Virus record (IMG/VR): IMGVR_UViG_3300025073_000608
Coordinates: 1 to 64,000 of that record
Source of the DNA: a virus
Taxonomy: Duplodnaviria; Caudoviricetes
DNA: 64,000 nucleotides
Strand: one strand, 5' to 3'
Below, in pieces: positions 9,332-18,639 of this stretch. A model generated the notes under the pieces. The model did no database searches, was not told where the DNA came from, and was given only the letters and a program-made list of their open reading frames with translations. The first letter of the stretch is position 1. The number at the start of each line of letters is the position of its first letter. The translations under genes and the position numbers were made by a program.

Positions 9332-11719
9332 ATGAATACGAATCTTAAGGTGGGATTAGAGGGAGCATTTAAAGTGGATTTATACAGCGGGGGAAAGCTC
9401 GTTTCTACGACCGATTGGTTTAATAATTTTATAACCGATACGGGGCTGCATATGGTTAAAGATTATGCTTTTGCTGACTGTTTTAGATATTTGTCTATTG
9501 GTAATGGTGTTACTGTTAATAAAAGTAGTGATGGTGGGACGATTGCGACCACTGGATTAGCCTCCCCGTTTGGAACTTTTTTAACTAATCAGGGAAAACA
9601 AAGTGGGCAATGGATAGATTGGCGTGGTTACGAAGTCGGTAGTGACAGTCCATCCTCTGCTTGTGGAACTTATTTAACAAGCACTGGTCCTAGATTTTTT
9701 CGTGCCTGGAATATTCCTACTGGAGATTCATCAGTTGTGGTTCAAGAAGCGGGGGGGGCTTTAAATATTAGTGAGTTTATGGTTTCTCCTGGTCACGAAT
9801 TAGATTTTACAGGTAAGTATGCTTTTAGTAGAATTCGCAGAAGTTTATCTATACCAAATGGTTATAAGGCTTTAGTTAGTTATCAGTTAAAAATTGTTTT
9901 TTCTCAAACGGGGGCTTCTTCTTTTGGATTAAATACTTTTGATACAACTAATGCTGACACCTCAGAAGACCCAACGAATTTTGTTACAGCTTGGAGTAAT
10001 TTGTATGGAAAATATCGTCCTGTTTATCATGGATTAAGATGTGTTGATAATAAAGGGCATTCTTTTATTCCTAAATATGGGGATTTAATGGAGCCATCAG
10101 CTACTAATTTAAGTCAGTTATCCTTTTATTTTTCTCCCGATAATAGTGAATTTGAAGTTAATAATATTGATGGTGGAGCTGTCACTAGCGAAATTTCAGC
10201 CTATAATAGTGACGGATTAATGAAGTTTATTTCTTCCGACCAAATTCCTAATGCAACATTAAGTAGAGATTTAACCGCTATCACTACCCAGGAAGATTTA
10301 AGTGGTTTTTATTATAGTCCAACGGCTGCACAATTATTTGATAGTAGTTTTCCTGGAGATGAAGTAGTGACACCAAAAAATATAAGATTGGGGGGGCCAG
10401 CTACTCCTAACCTACCATCTATTAAAAATTATAAGGTCGATAATACGTGGACAAATCCAACCGAAGTTTTTAATTATCAAGAAACTCAAACCGATGCCTT
10501 TTCTGAATCTATTTCTTTTGCTACCCCAGGCAATCAACAGTATCAAGCTATTGGTGGGGATGAACATCCAAGAATAAAGGCTGTATTTTCATCTAAATTT
10601 TTAAGAAATCCCCCAACAGCCATAGATTATTCTGGACCAAACGTTAGAAGTTCCGCGACCATTACAAGGAAGTGTTCTTTTTCTCCCAATAACAGTATGG
10701 GTTATAATGGACGGTTTGCTTCCATGGTTTTAGCTTATTGTGTAAATCCTTCAGCATCAGAGGGAGATAGAAATTATTATCCTTATTTAGATTGTCTTTT
10801 TAAAGATGCATCTGGAGCTTCTACGTTAAGTAATTCTAGATTACAGCATTATAGGTGGATAAGTGGGATAGTTTTAACGCAACGGGGAACGGGAATATGT
10901 AATGCTCATTTTTCTATTGTAGACCAATGGGGGAATGTTCCTAATACTATTGAAAGATTTAATAATATTCAAACCGTTCAGGGCGGGGTAACCGGAAGCA
11001 ATACTGAACATTCAGAACTTGGACCTTTTTCTTATTCTGGCAATGAAAGATATTTTGTTCAAGCTTTGAATTCAGCTACTCATTCCACTGGTACTCTGGG
11101 AGATATGGTTAGACAAATAACTGATGCTTCTGGTGCTGGATATGGATATGGTGGGATTTTAATGTTAAATGGTCCAGCTTATTCGCCAGCTACTTTTGAC
11201 CCATGGCCAAGTACTCAAATGGACTGTGCTTTAATAGATAGGGGTAATGGTGGGCAAACAATTCCAAGTAATTTTGATTCATTAAATACAAATACTCGAC
11301 CATTATATTGGCCTCATACTGGAGCAGCGGGAGCTAAACTACAAATAAGATGGGATTCTATTAGATTTTACGATAACGCTACTGCTAAAACTTATGGTTG
11401 GGCAAATGGTTGTAATGGAACAGCATATGTTCCCACAGGTTTGGCTGGCGGCGGTGTTGCCTCTAGTGGTTTTTGTGTCCCTACTGGTTATGTGGTTCAT
11501 TTTGAATCGTCGGGAACTAGCGAAGGAGATTCTTATAGTAGAACTCATTTTGCTCGACTTTTACCTCATGGAGCTTTTCCTAATAAAGATGATGTTTACG
11601 ATAGAGAAACGAGGCTTCAAGGAGGACTGTATCCAGCTTTGGGTTTTGATAATGGTATAGAAATGAATTTAACATTAACATGGACAAGTCCATGTGGCGA
11701 TGCATCTAATTGCACTTAG
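9332..11719 (+). CDS. virion structural protein, paralog A
   Basis: Shares NFITxTGL...FADCFRxLSxG, EFMVSPG, AFxRI and C-terminal LxWTS with 11733..13469. Confidence 0.55.
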   Translation: MNTNLKVGLEGAFKVDLYSGGKLVSTTDWFNNFITDTGLHMVKDYAFADCFRYLSIGNGVTVNKSSDGGTIATTGLASPFGTFLTNQGKQSGQWIDWRGYEVGSDSPSSACGTYLTSTGPRFFRAWNIPTGDSSVVVQEAGGALNISEFMVSPGHELDFTGKYAFSRIRRSLSIPNGYKALVSYQLKIVFSQTGASSFGLNTFDTTNADTSEDPTNFVTAWSNLYGKYRPVYHGLRCVDNKGHSFIPKYGDLMEPSATNLSQLSFYFSPDNSEFEVNNIDGGAVTSEISAYNSDGLMKFISSDQIPNATLSRDLTAITTQEDLSGFYYSPTAAQLFDSSFPGDEVVTPKNIRLGGPATPNLPSIKNYKVDNTWTNPTEVFNYQETQTDAFSESISFATPGNQQYQAIGGDEHPRIKAVFSSKFLRNPPTAIDYSGPNVRSSATITRKCSFSPNNSMGYNGRFASMVLAYCVNPSASEGDRNYYPYLDCLFKDASGASTLSNSRLQHYRWISGIVLTQRGTGICNAHFSIVDQWGNVPNTIERFNNIQTVQGGVTGSNTEHSELGPFSYSGNERYFVQALNSATHSTGTLGDMVRQITDASGAGYGYGGILMLNGPAYSPATFDPWPSTQMDCALIDRGNGGQTIPSNFDSLNTNTRPLYWPHTGAAGAKLQIRWDSIRFYDNATAKTYGWANGCNGTAYVPTGLAGGGVASSGFCVPTGYVVHFESSGTSEGDSYSRTHFARLLPHGAFPNKDDVYDRETRLQGGLYPALGFDNGIEMNLTLTWTSPCGDASNCT

Positions 11720-11732
11720 TACATAAAATTAT

Positions 11733-13469
11733 ATGTCTCAAAAGCATTCTATTAGTATTGGTGGAGAATTAAGTGTTAAGGTTTATGATTCTGGTGGACA
11801 TTTAAAATATACCAAATCAGGAATTAAAAACTTTATTACTTCTACTGGATTATGTTATCCGGCGTTCTTTCCTTTTGCCGATTGTTTTAGATTTTTATCT
11901 TTGGGATTAAGTAATACAGCTAATAATATTACAGATACTTGTTCGGAGTTGGGGGGTGCTCAATGGGGAACGACTGGTTTATATTCGAAATCCCTTGATG
12001 TCGATGGAGAGGCTTTATTTCAGTATATTGGAAGTCGTAATTATTCTACTCCAAGCGATATAAATACAGAAATAGTTTCTCAATATTTAGATGGCTCGTG
12101 TGGATTTACAGAGGTAGATGTATTAGGTGGTTCCAGTTATTTAAAATTAACAAGGGGATGGAGAATTCCAGTACAGGGAGCATTTACGTCTGCATATGAT
12201 TTTAAAGAGTTTATGGTTTCTCCAGGAACACCCCCCATGAAAGGGTTTTCTGATTGGGAATTAACAATACCAACCGAAGTATGTAGTTGTACAGAATCGG
12301 TTTTTATAGATAATCCCGATAATCCTGGGGTTGGAGATATCGTTTATAGATATGGAAATGATTGTGCGGCGATATCATTGGTAGATTTTGATACTTATTC
12401 TAATATAAAACAGGCGACTAATGCTACACAAAGAATTTGTGCGGCCCATAAAGCTTTTGCCCGAATTATTACAGACATGTCCGTTGGTATCGGCGACTAT
12501 TCTGAAGTAACATATTCTCTTAAATTAAATTTTACAACTGGACAGGGAGTAACGGCCAAGTTTATTAATTTAATTGGGGGAGGGAATTGGGGCTCAGACG
12601 CTTATTATACAGGCGCTCTTATTCATCCTGGGATTAGATTAATAAATGATGGTTCAGCATCAGATAATAATTACGATTTAGGAGCAGGTAATGAAAGAAA
12701 AACTCAATGGGCAGGATATGATTTTAAGACTGAATATGGAGAATCTTTTGTTCCTGGATGGGGAAATCCGTTAGACCCAAGTGTTGATGATGATTATTTA
12801 GTATTTTATACAAGTACAGATAACATGCAATTTATGGCTAATGGTAAAGATGGGGGCAAAATTGCTGATGGAGACGTAGCTAAACAATTAAATTTGCCAG
12901 GAATTATGCAATGGCAGAGGCAGGCGACATCTAATTTAAAAACCGAGGGTATTCCTGATAAATGGAAAAATATCCGTCGAGATGGGACTCTTCCTTTTTA
13001 TCCTCAACCGTCAGATATTTCTACAGAAGGAGAAATTGATACATTATTAGAAGTTGCCGAGGCTGGAACGAAAGTAGAATACGGTTCATCATCTAAAATT
13101 TCTCATGTAGCTATTTTAGAGGATTTAACTGATAATACTTATAAAGCTGTAAGAACTCATACTAGCCAATATTCATCTGAAATAGTGGGTTCGACAGCAG
13201 GATTTTCTAATATGGTCGATAAACCAGTAAGGGCTATGGTGTGGGGATTCGCCGATGTATCTTCGGCGGTTATCGTTCCTTTTTTTGATTTATTATTTAG
13301 GAATACTGATTCAGATAGTCCTGTTATACCACCAATAAATAGAATTAGTGCCCTAACTACATATACTCTTCCTAGTAATGATGCGGTAGCTGCTAAATAT
13401 AATTATATTCATAATGGTGGGGTTTTAACCACTAATTTTATTTTATCGTGGACTTCTGCTGGACCATAA
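11733..13469 (+). CDS. virion structural protein, paralog B
   Basis: Same conserved blocks as 9332..11719. Confidence 0.55.
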   Translation: MSQKHSISIGGELSVKVYDSGGHLKYTKSGIKNFITSTGLCYPAFFPFADCFRFLSLGLSNTANNITDTCSELGGAQWGTTGLYSKSLDVDGEALFQYIGSRNYSTPSDINTEIVSQYLDGSCGFTEVDVLGGSSYLKLTRGWRIPVQGAFTSAYDFKEFMVSPGTPPMKGFSDWELTIPTEVCSCTESVFIDNPDNPGVGDIVYRYGNDCAAISLVDFDTYSNIKQATNATQRICAAHKAFARIITDMSVGIGDYSEVTYSLKLNFTTGQGVTAKFINLIGGGNWGSDAYYTGALIHPGIRLINDGSASDNNYDLGAGNERKTQWAGYDFKTEYGESFVPGWGNPLDPSVDDDYLVFYTSTDNMQFMANGKDGGKIADGDVAKQLNLPGIMQWQRQATSNLKTEGIPDKWKNIRRDGTLPFYPQPSDISTEGEIDTLLEVAEAGTKVEYGSSSKISHVAILEDLTDNTYKAVRTHTSQYSSEIVGSTAGFSNMVDKPVRAMVWGFADVSSAVIVPFFDLLFRNTDSDSPVIPPINRISALTTYTLPSNDAVAAKYNYIHNGGVLTTNFILSWTSAGP

Positions 13470-13470
13470 T

Positions 13471-13926
13471 ATGACTATTGAATTAAATAAAAATATAGAA
13501 TTAGTTGAAGATAAGTATTTAGATTATACTCGTCAGATTTTATCTTCATTGAAACAAATTAGAAATAACCATAATTCCTCGTCTTCGCAAAAGATAAGGA
13601 TGAGTCAATTAATAGAAGTATTTTTATCTGGGGCTAATGATGAAAATCCACATAAATCATTACAAGAGAAATGCTTGGCAAGGGTATTTATGTTTTTAGA
13701 TATTTTAAGAGGAACGCTGTCTTTTAATAATATTCATAAAAAAACTCTCTATCATATTAATAAACAAATGGTAGATTTAACCTCTTCATGGACTCCTTCA
13801 GAAGAACATTATTCGGCGGCGGAAGAATGTATTAAACAATCAAGTCTAACGTTTAATTTATCCTCCATAGACAGCCTTTATTTATCTTATTCACGAGACG
13901 CTTCTTTCTATCAGCAATATCTATAA
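13471..13926 (+). CDS. hypothetical protein in head module
   Basis: 151-aa ORF tightly packed between neighbouring genes. Confidence 0.5.
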   Translation: MTIELNKNIELVEDKYLDYTRQILSSLKQIRNNHNSSSSQKIRMSQLIEVFLSGANDENPHKSLQEKCLARVFMFLDILRGTLSFNNIHKKTLYHINKQMVDLTSSWTPSEEHYSAAEECIKQSSLTFNLSSIDSLYLSYSRDASFYQQYL

Positions 13927-13946
13927 TTCTTTTTCGGTTATTTTAA

Positions 13947-13960
13947 GTGTAAATAATTAA
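13947..13960 (+). promoter_or_regulatory. GTGTAA-type candidate late promoter
   Basis: GTGTAAATAATTAA 20 nt before ATG 13967. Confidence 0.65.
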
Positions 13961-13966
13961 CGAATT

Positions 13967-15451
13967 ATGAAGAAATTTCAATTTGAGTCATCATTTAGCT
14001 GTTTGCTTAAACCATTAGTGTCAGAAGAGAAGGACAAATTTTTAGCAATGGCTTCTTTAATAGAAATAGGAAAATTCATTCCTAATATTGACATGGCTCA
14101 AAATTTAGATTTATTACCAGTTGCATTTAATGCTTGTGTGGCCAATAGAGTAAATAAAAATGGCGATGTCATAGATACTAAAACGGCAATTGCTATTTTT
14201 AATAAGTTTATTAATAAACCAATTAATACAGAGCATGATAGACAAAAAGTAATTGGAACCGTTTTAACCGCTGGCTTCAGCGAATTTGTTACAGATAAAC
14301 CATTGAGACTTGAAGAGGTCCAAAATTTAACCATTCCTTTTAATATTACTCTAGGGGGTATCGTTTGGAGATTAGTAAATCCTGATATTAGCGATTTAAT
14401 TGAAGAGACTAATGACCCGACATCTGATAAATACATGGGTATTTCAGCTAGTTGGGAATTGGGATTTAGTGATTATTATATAGCTGCTATTGAGGGAACA
14501 TCTAAAAATCTTGCCGAAGCGAGATTAATTACAGAACCATCTGAGATAGAATCACTTAAAATAAATCTTAAGTCTTTTGGCGGTGATGGAAAAGTTGATG
14601 ATACTTTTTATTATAGAATGCCAGTTAATGATGTTTTACCTTTAGGAATTGGTTTTACGGAAAAACCAGCCGCCGAAGTAAAAGGTGTCGCTACCTCACA
14701 AGAAGAAACCGTTCTGGCTCAAGAGGATTCTAAAAATATAATTTCCCAAAATGAAAAAATAAATGTAAATGAAGAAAGACAACTTATTATGAAAATCACA
14801 TCTATTCAGGACATTACTGACGAATCTATCAAAGTAGCTAAAGCTGCTGATGTGGCCGATTTAATTGCTGCTGAACTTAAAAAAGGAAGTGTCGTATGGG
14901 AAAAAGAAAAAACAGAATTAAATACGCTACTCTCCGACACTAAGGCTGCTCAAGTTAAAGCGACCGAAGAAAACGCTAAACTATCTGAAGAATTTAAGAA
15001 ATTACAGGCAACAGTAGAAGCCCTTTCAACCGAGAAACTTGAACGAGAAAAAGTTGACAAATTTAACGTCCGTATGTCAGAAATCGCTGAAAATTACGAA
15101 CTAGATGATGAAGTAAGAGCTGCTATTGTAGAAGATGTTAAGGCTCTAGCAAGCGATGAAGATTTTGATAAATGGAAAAAGAAAGCCTCGGTCCTTCTTA
15201 AGGGTTTCGCCAAAAAGAGCAAAGCCGAAAAGGGTAAAGAAGACAAAGAATCTGGAAAGTGTGAAGATGAAAAAGAGGAAATGGATTCTAAAAAGAAAAG
15301 TAAGGCTTCAGAAGAAGTGGTTGCCGCAGCATTAGAAAATGCTAATAAAGAAAAAGGTGGACTTCCCAACGGAACATCTGGAGAACCACAGACCTTGAAG
15401 GAAAAATATCAATCAGCTTTTGCAAAAGATAATTTTGTAATTAAAATGTAA
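13967..15451 (+). CDS. prohead maturation protease fused to coiled-coil scaffold
   Basis: NKNGD, KPINTEHD (catalytic His-like) and SASWELGF (catalytic Ser-like); charged K/E-rich coiled-coil C-terminal half; sits before the capsid genes. Confidence 0.8.
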   Translation: MKKFQFESSFSCLLKPLVSEEKDKFLAMASLIEIGKFIPNIDMAQNLDLLPVAFNACVANRVNKNGDVIDTKTAIAIFNKFINKPINTEHDRQKVIGTVLTAGFSEFVTDKPLRLEEVQNLTIPFNITLGGIVWRLVNPDISDLIEETNDPTSDKYMGISASWELGFSDYYIAAIEGTSKNLAEARLITEPSEIESLKINLKSFGGDGKVDDTFYYRMPVNDVLPLGIGFTEKPAAEVKGVATSQEETVLAQEDSKNIISQNEKINVNEERQLIMKITSIQDITDESIKVAKAADVADLIAAELKKGSVVWEKEKTELNTLLSDTKAAQVKATEENAKLSEEFKKLQATVEALSTEKLEREKVDKFNVRMSEIAENYELDDEVRAAIVEDVKALASDEDFDKWKKKASVLLKGFAKKSKAEKGKEDKESGKCEDEKEEMDSKKKSKASEEVVAAALENANKEKGGLPNGTSGEPQTLKEKYQSAFAKDNFVIKM

Positions 15452-15483
15452 GTTTAAAAAAATTTAAAATTTAGGAGAAATAT

Positions 15484-16113
15484 ATGCCAACATTAAGACC
15501 ATTCAGAGACTATGACGAGAAAGATGTTATCAATCTTTTCACCGTTTCTGGTACTACTCTCCCTTGTAATAAGGGAACACTAGTTAAAATAGCTGGACCT
15601 GGGATGACTCTCAATAATCCTGACGCTGTTGAAATGCTAGGAAACATGGGCGACTTTTCAGTATCGAATGTCGTTGCCCAACGATATGGAGTTATTCCAA
15701 AGATTACGCCTATTACTGCTCAAACAGATACCGTATTGGGGATGACCCTTTTCGATATGAGAGAGACAGACGAGAATGGTATTCCTCTAAAGTATAATCC
15801 TCGTAAAGCTGCCGAAATGGAAGCTTGTATTTCAGGTCAAGCTGTTCCTGTAGTTGTTAAGGGTATTTTCGCTTATAGTGGAATTACGACTGGAAATAGT
15901 TTAACTGGAGCTGTTACCGCTGGGGCAAAATTGTATGCTGGGGCTAACGCTTCTCTTACAACCCAAAACTATAACGCTTATACGACCACTGGAACAACTG
16001 GTGGACTACCAATTAACGTTTCTGTTTCTGGACGACCAATCGCCATTGCTTTAGGTAATAGTGATGCTTTCGCCGTTACAGTAGTTAGATTTGACGCGGG
16101 AGGGCTTTACTAA
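15484..16113 (+). CDS. capsid decoration / minor capsid protein
   Basis: Strong SD (AGGAG); between scaffold and MCP; beta-rich, 209 aa. Confidence 0.65.
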   Translation: MPTLRPFRDYDEKDVINLFTVSGTTLPCNKGTLVKIAGPGMTLNNPDAVEMLGNMGDFSVSNVVAQRYGVIPKITPITAQTDTVLGMTLFDMRETDENGIPLKYNPRKAAEMEACISGQAVPVVVKGIFAYSGITTGNSLTGAVTAGAKLYAGANASLTTQNYNAYTTTGTTGGLPINVSVSGRPIAIALGNSDAFAVTVVRFDAGGLY

Positions 16114-16152
16114 GCTTTAATTAGTTTAAGTAATTTATAAGGAAACAATTTT

Positions 16153-17283
16153 ATGGAAATCAAACTTAAAAACACACCAGAGCAAGTAGAGCTTATTAAG
16201 GCTATGGGTTCTAAGAGCCCAACCGTAGCTCGCGAAGCTACTGAAGCGGTCGCAGCTTTTATCTCTCCTGTTATCGAGGAAGTATTAATGACTGCTGGAA
16301 CAGTTTCTCGTATTTATCGAGATGTAGAATTTGACGAGGATTCAGACCCATCTATTCCTCTAGACCTTTTCTACAATGAAGGAGCAGGATATGTTACCGT
16401 CTGGTCACAACATGTAGCCGGTGGTCTTCCTACTTCTCAAATCGAAGGGGTTAAGGAATTAAAATTCGGAACCTATCGCCTAGATAGCGCCGTCAGCTTT
16501 AACAAAAAGTATGCTCGCAAGAGTCGTCTCGATGTTGTTAGCAAGGCTATTGAACGAATGGTTAACGAAGTCCTTATTAAGCAGGAACGTAATGGTTGGG
16601 CTGTTATTTTAAAAGCCCTTGCTGAAGCTTCCACTACAACTGTTAATGGCGGGGCTCTTGGTCACGTTATTGATTCTGTTGCTGCTGATACTTTCTTATT
16701 AGCCGACCTTAATGCTCTTATTACTCGTATTAAGAGAATCAACGAGTCGTATTCTGGAAATACTGCTGTTCAGCCTTATACAAATGGTATAACTGACCTT
16801 TATGTATCGCCAGAAGTCAAAGGACAAATCCGAGCTTTTGCTTACAATCCTATTAATACTGCTCAAACGACTGAAACCACAGCTATTGCTGGTATCCGTG
16901 GACAGTATTTAACTGACGATGTTCGTAACGAAATTTTCCGCAATGCTGGAATGCAATCTATCTATGGAGTTAACCTCGTTGAAATGATTGAATTCGGTGT
17001 CGGACAAAAATACAACGTTTTGTTCGGAAGTTTTGCTACTGCTGCAAGTTTAGCTAACTGGACTACCGCTTCAGACGAAATCTGTGTTGGAGTGGATAAT
17101 ACCCGTGGAGTATTCTTACGCCCAGTATCTCGTCAGTCTGACACTGGCTCAACATTTACTGTTGTTCCTGATGGTCAGTTTGATATGTATGGTTCTCGCG
17201 TTGAGAAAGTTGGGTTCTATGGTTCTCTTGAAGAGGGTCGTGTTTGTCTTGATGCGCGAAGTGTGGCGGGCATAATTGTTTGA
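16153..17283 (+). CDS. major capsid protein (HK97 fold)
   Basis: 376 aa, SD AAGGA, strongly biased codons, canonical position, followed by a terminator. Confidence 0.85.
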   Translation: MEIKLKNTPEQVELIKAMGSKSPTVAREATEAVAAFISPVIEEVLMTAGTVSRIYRDVEFDEDSDPSIPLDLFYNEGAGYVTVWSQHVAGGLPTSQIEGVKELKFGTYRLDSAVSFNKKYARKSRLDVVSKAIERMVNEVLIKQERNGWAVILKALAEASTTTVNGGALGHVIDSVAADTFLLADLNALITRIKRINESYSGNTAVQPYTNGITDLYVSPEVKGQIRAFAYNPINTAQTTETTAIAGIRGQYLTDDVRNEIFRNAGMQSIYGVNLVEMIEFGVGQKYNVLFGSFATAASLANWTTASDEICVGVDNTRGVFLRPVSRQSDTGSTFTVVPDGQFDMYGSRVEKVGFYGSLEEGRVCLDARSVAGIIV

Positions 17284-17301
17284 TAGTCAACAATTTACAC
17301 G

Positions 17302-17331
17302 CATGGGAGAAGAAATTCTCCCATGTTTTTT
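17302..17331 (+). terminator. rho-independent terminator after MCP
   Basis: CATGGGAGAA-gaaa-TTCTCCCATG hairpin followed by TTTTTT. Confidence 0.85.
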
Positions 17332-17359
17332 AGAAAAATTAGGTCGAATCTGTTAAGAT
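17331..17359 (+). promoter_or_regulatory. sigma70-like promoter for the homing endonuclease (leaderless)
   Basis: TAGAAA-17 nt-TAAGAT with extended -10 TG, 6 nt before ATG 17366. Confidence 0.4.
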
Positions 17360-17365
17360 ACTTAT

Positions 17366-18250
17366 ATGAGTAATTATTTTTTATGGACAATTGAAGAAAC
17401 AGAAAAATTAAAACAATATTCTGGCAAGATGAGTTTCCATAAAATGAAAGAACTATATTTTCCAAATAGAACAGCTATTAGTTTACAAAAAAAAGCCATT
17501 AAATTAAAACTAATAAGTAATTTTAGAAAAAAGAAACATATTTTTAATCAAGAATTTTATCATCAACCAAATTTAGTAAATTCTTATTTTGCTGGAAATT
17601 TTGCAGCAGATGGTTATTTAAAATATAGGGGGAATTCAACAATGTATGTTCTTCAAGTTAATTCTAAAGATTTAGAACTTTTAGAAAGTTTTAAAAAGGC
17701 ATGTGATTTTTCTGGACCAATTCGCTCTTACCAAAGAAAAAATTATAAAAAAGAAACGTTAAAAAATGTTTCATCTTTAATTATGACAGGGGTAAATCCT
17801 TGGAGAGAGTCTTTAGAAAAGAACTTCGGGATTGTCGAAAATAAAACATTAAGAATGTCTCCCCCCAATATAATTTCCCAAGAATTAAAAATGGCATATA
17901 TAATTGGATATTTAGACGGAGACGGTTCTATTTTATTAAGACCAAAAGAAAATAGATTAAGCATTAGATTTTATAGTTGTAATTTAAAAATTATGGAGTG
18001 GATTCTTTTTGAATTAAATAATTTTTTAAAACTAAAAAATATTTTAAATAAAGCAAATCTTCAGAAAAATAAAAATTTATTTTGTATGGAAATAACTAAT
18101 TTACGAGCAGCAATTATTATTTATTATCTTAAAGACTTCCCCGTTCCCAAACTCTCTCGCAAATGGTCTAATCCGCTAGTCCTTCAATGTATCGAGGACT
18201 ATAAACAAAAATATCCAGAATTCTTTTTAGATAAACCAATAATAACTTAA
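17366..18250 (+). mobile_element. free-standing LAGLIDADG homing endonuclease gene
   Basis: Two motifs YFAGNFAADG and YIIGYLDGDG; N-terminal WTxEE...RT HTH-like domain; more AT-rich than its flanks. Confidence 0.88.
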
Positions 18251-18257
18251 CATAGAT

Positions 18258-18608
18258 ATGGCAAAGAATAAAAAATCAACGCAACCAACTATTGAAACTC
18301 ACGGTAAGATTGATGATGGCAAGCCCACGATGTTAGAACAAATTTGGGGTTTTAATGAACATGCAAAATATGGGACTCTTGATGAATCAGAATACGAAAA
18401 AACATTAGCCAATATGAATCGTTCTGATTTAGAAGCTCATGCTCGTAAATTAGGAGTAGTTATTTTAGAAAGTTCGGAAAGACTCCAAAATAAATTACGT
18501 CAAGAATTCAAAAATTACATCTTATCTCTTCGTCGTCCTGCTAATCCCAATAAACCTGTTACAACTGCCGACGCCGATGTTAAAAAAATTCTAGCTGAAG
18601 GCCGATAA
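18258..18608 (+). CDS. small hypothetical protein (helix-extension-helix-like)
   Basis: MNRSDLEAHARKLGV resembles Rho-N/HeH motifs; follows the MCP region. Confidence 0.5.
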   Translation: MAKNKKSTQPTIETHGKIDDGKPTMLEQIWGFNEHAKYGTLDESEYEKTLANMNRSDLEAHARKLGVVILESSERLQNKLRQEFKNYILSLRRPANPNKPVTTADADVKKILAEGR

Positions 18609-18624
18609 TATTTATTACATTTCC

Positions 18625-18638
18625 GTGTAATATGAATA
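18625..18638 (+). promoter_or_regulatory. GTGTAA-type candidate late promoter (leaderless class)
   Basis: GTGTAATATGAATA 15 nt before ATG 18640. Confidence 0.65.
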
Positions 18639-18639
18639 T

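Noticed and set aside
17284-18257. Group I intron or intein hosting the LAGLIDADG ORF
   Set aside because: MCP ends with a normal stop and terminator, the flanks are too short for a ribozyme core, and the ORF has its own start with no intein splice residues
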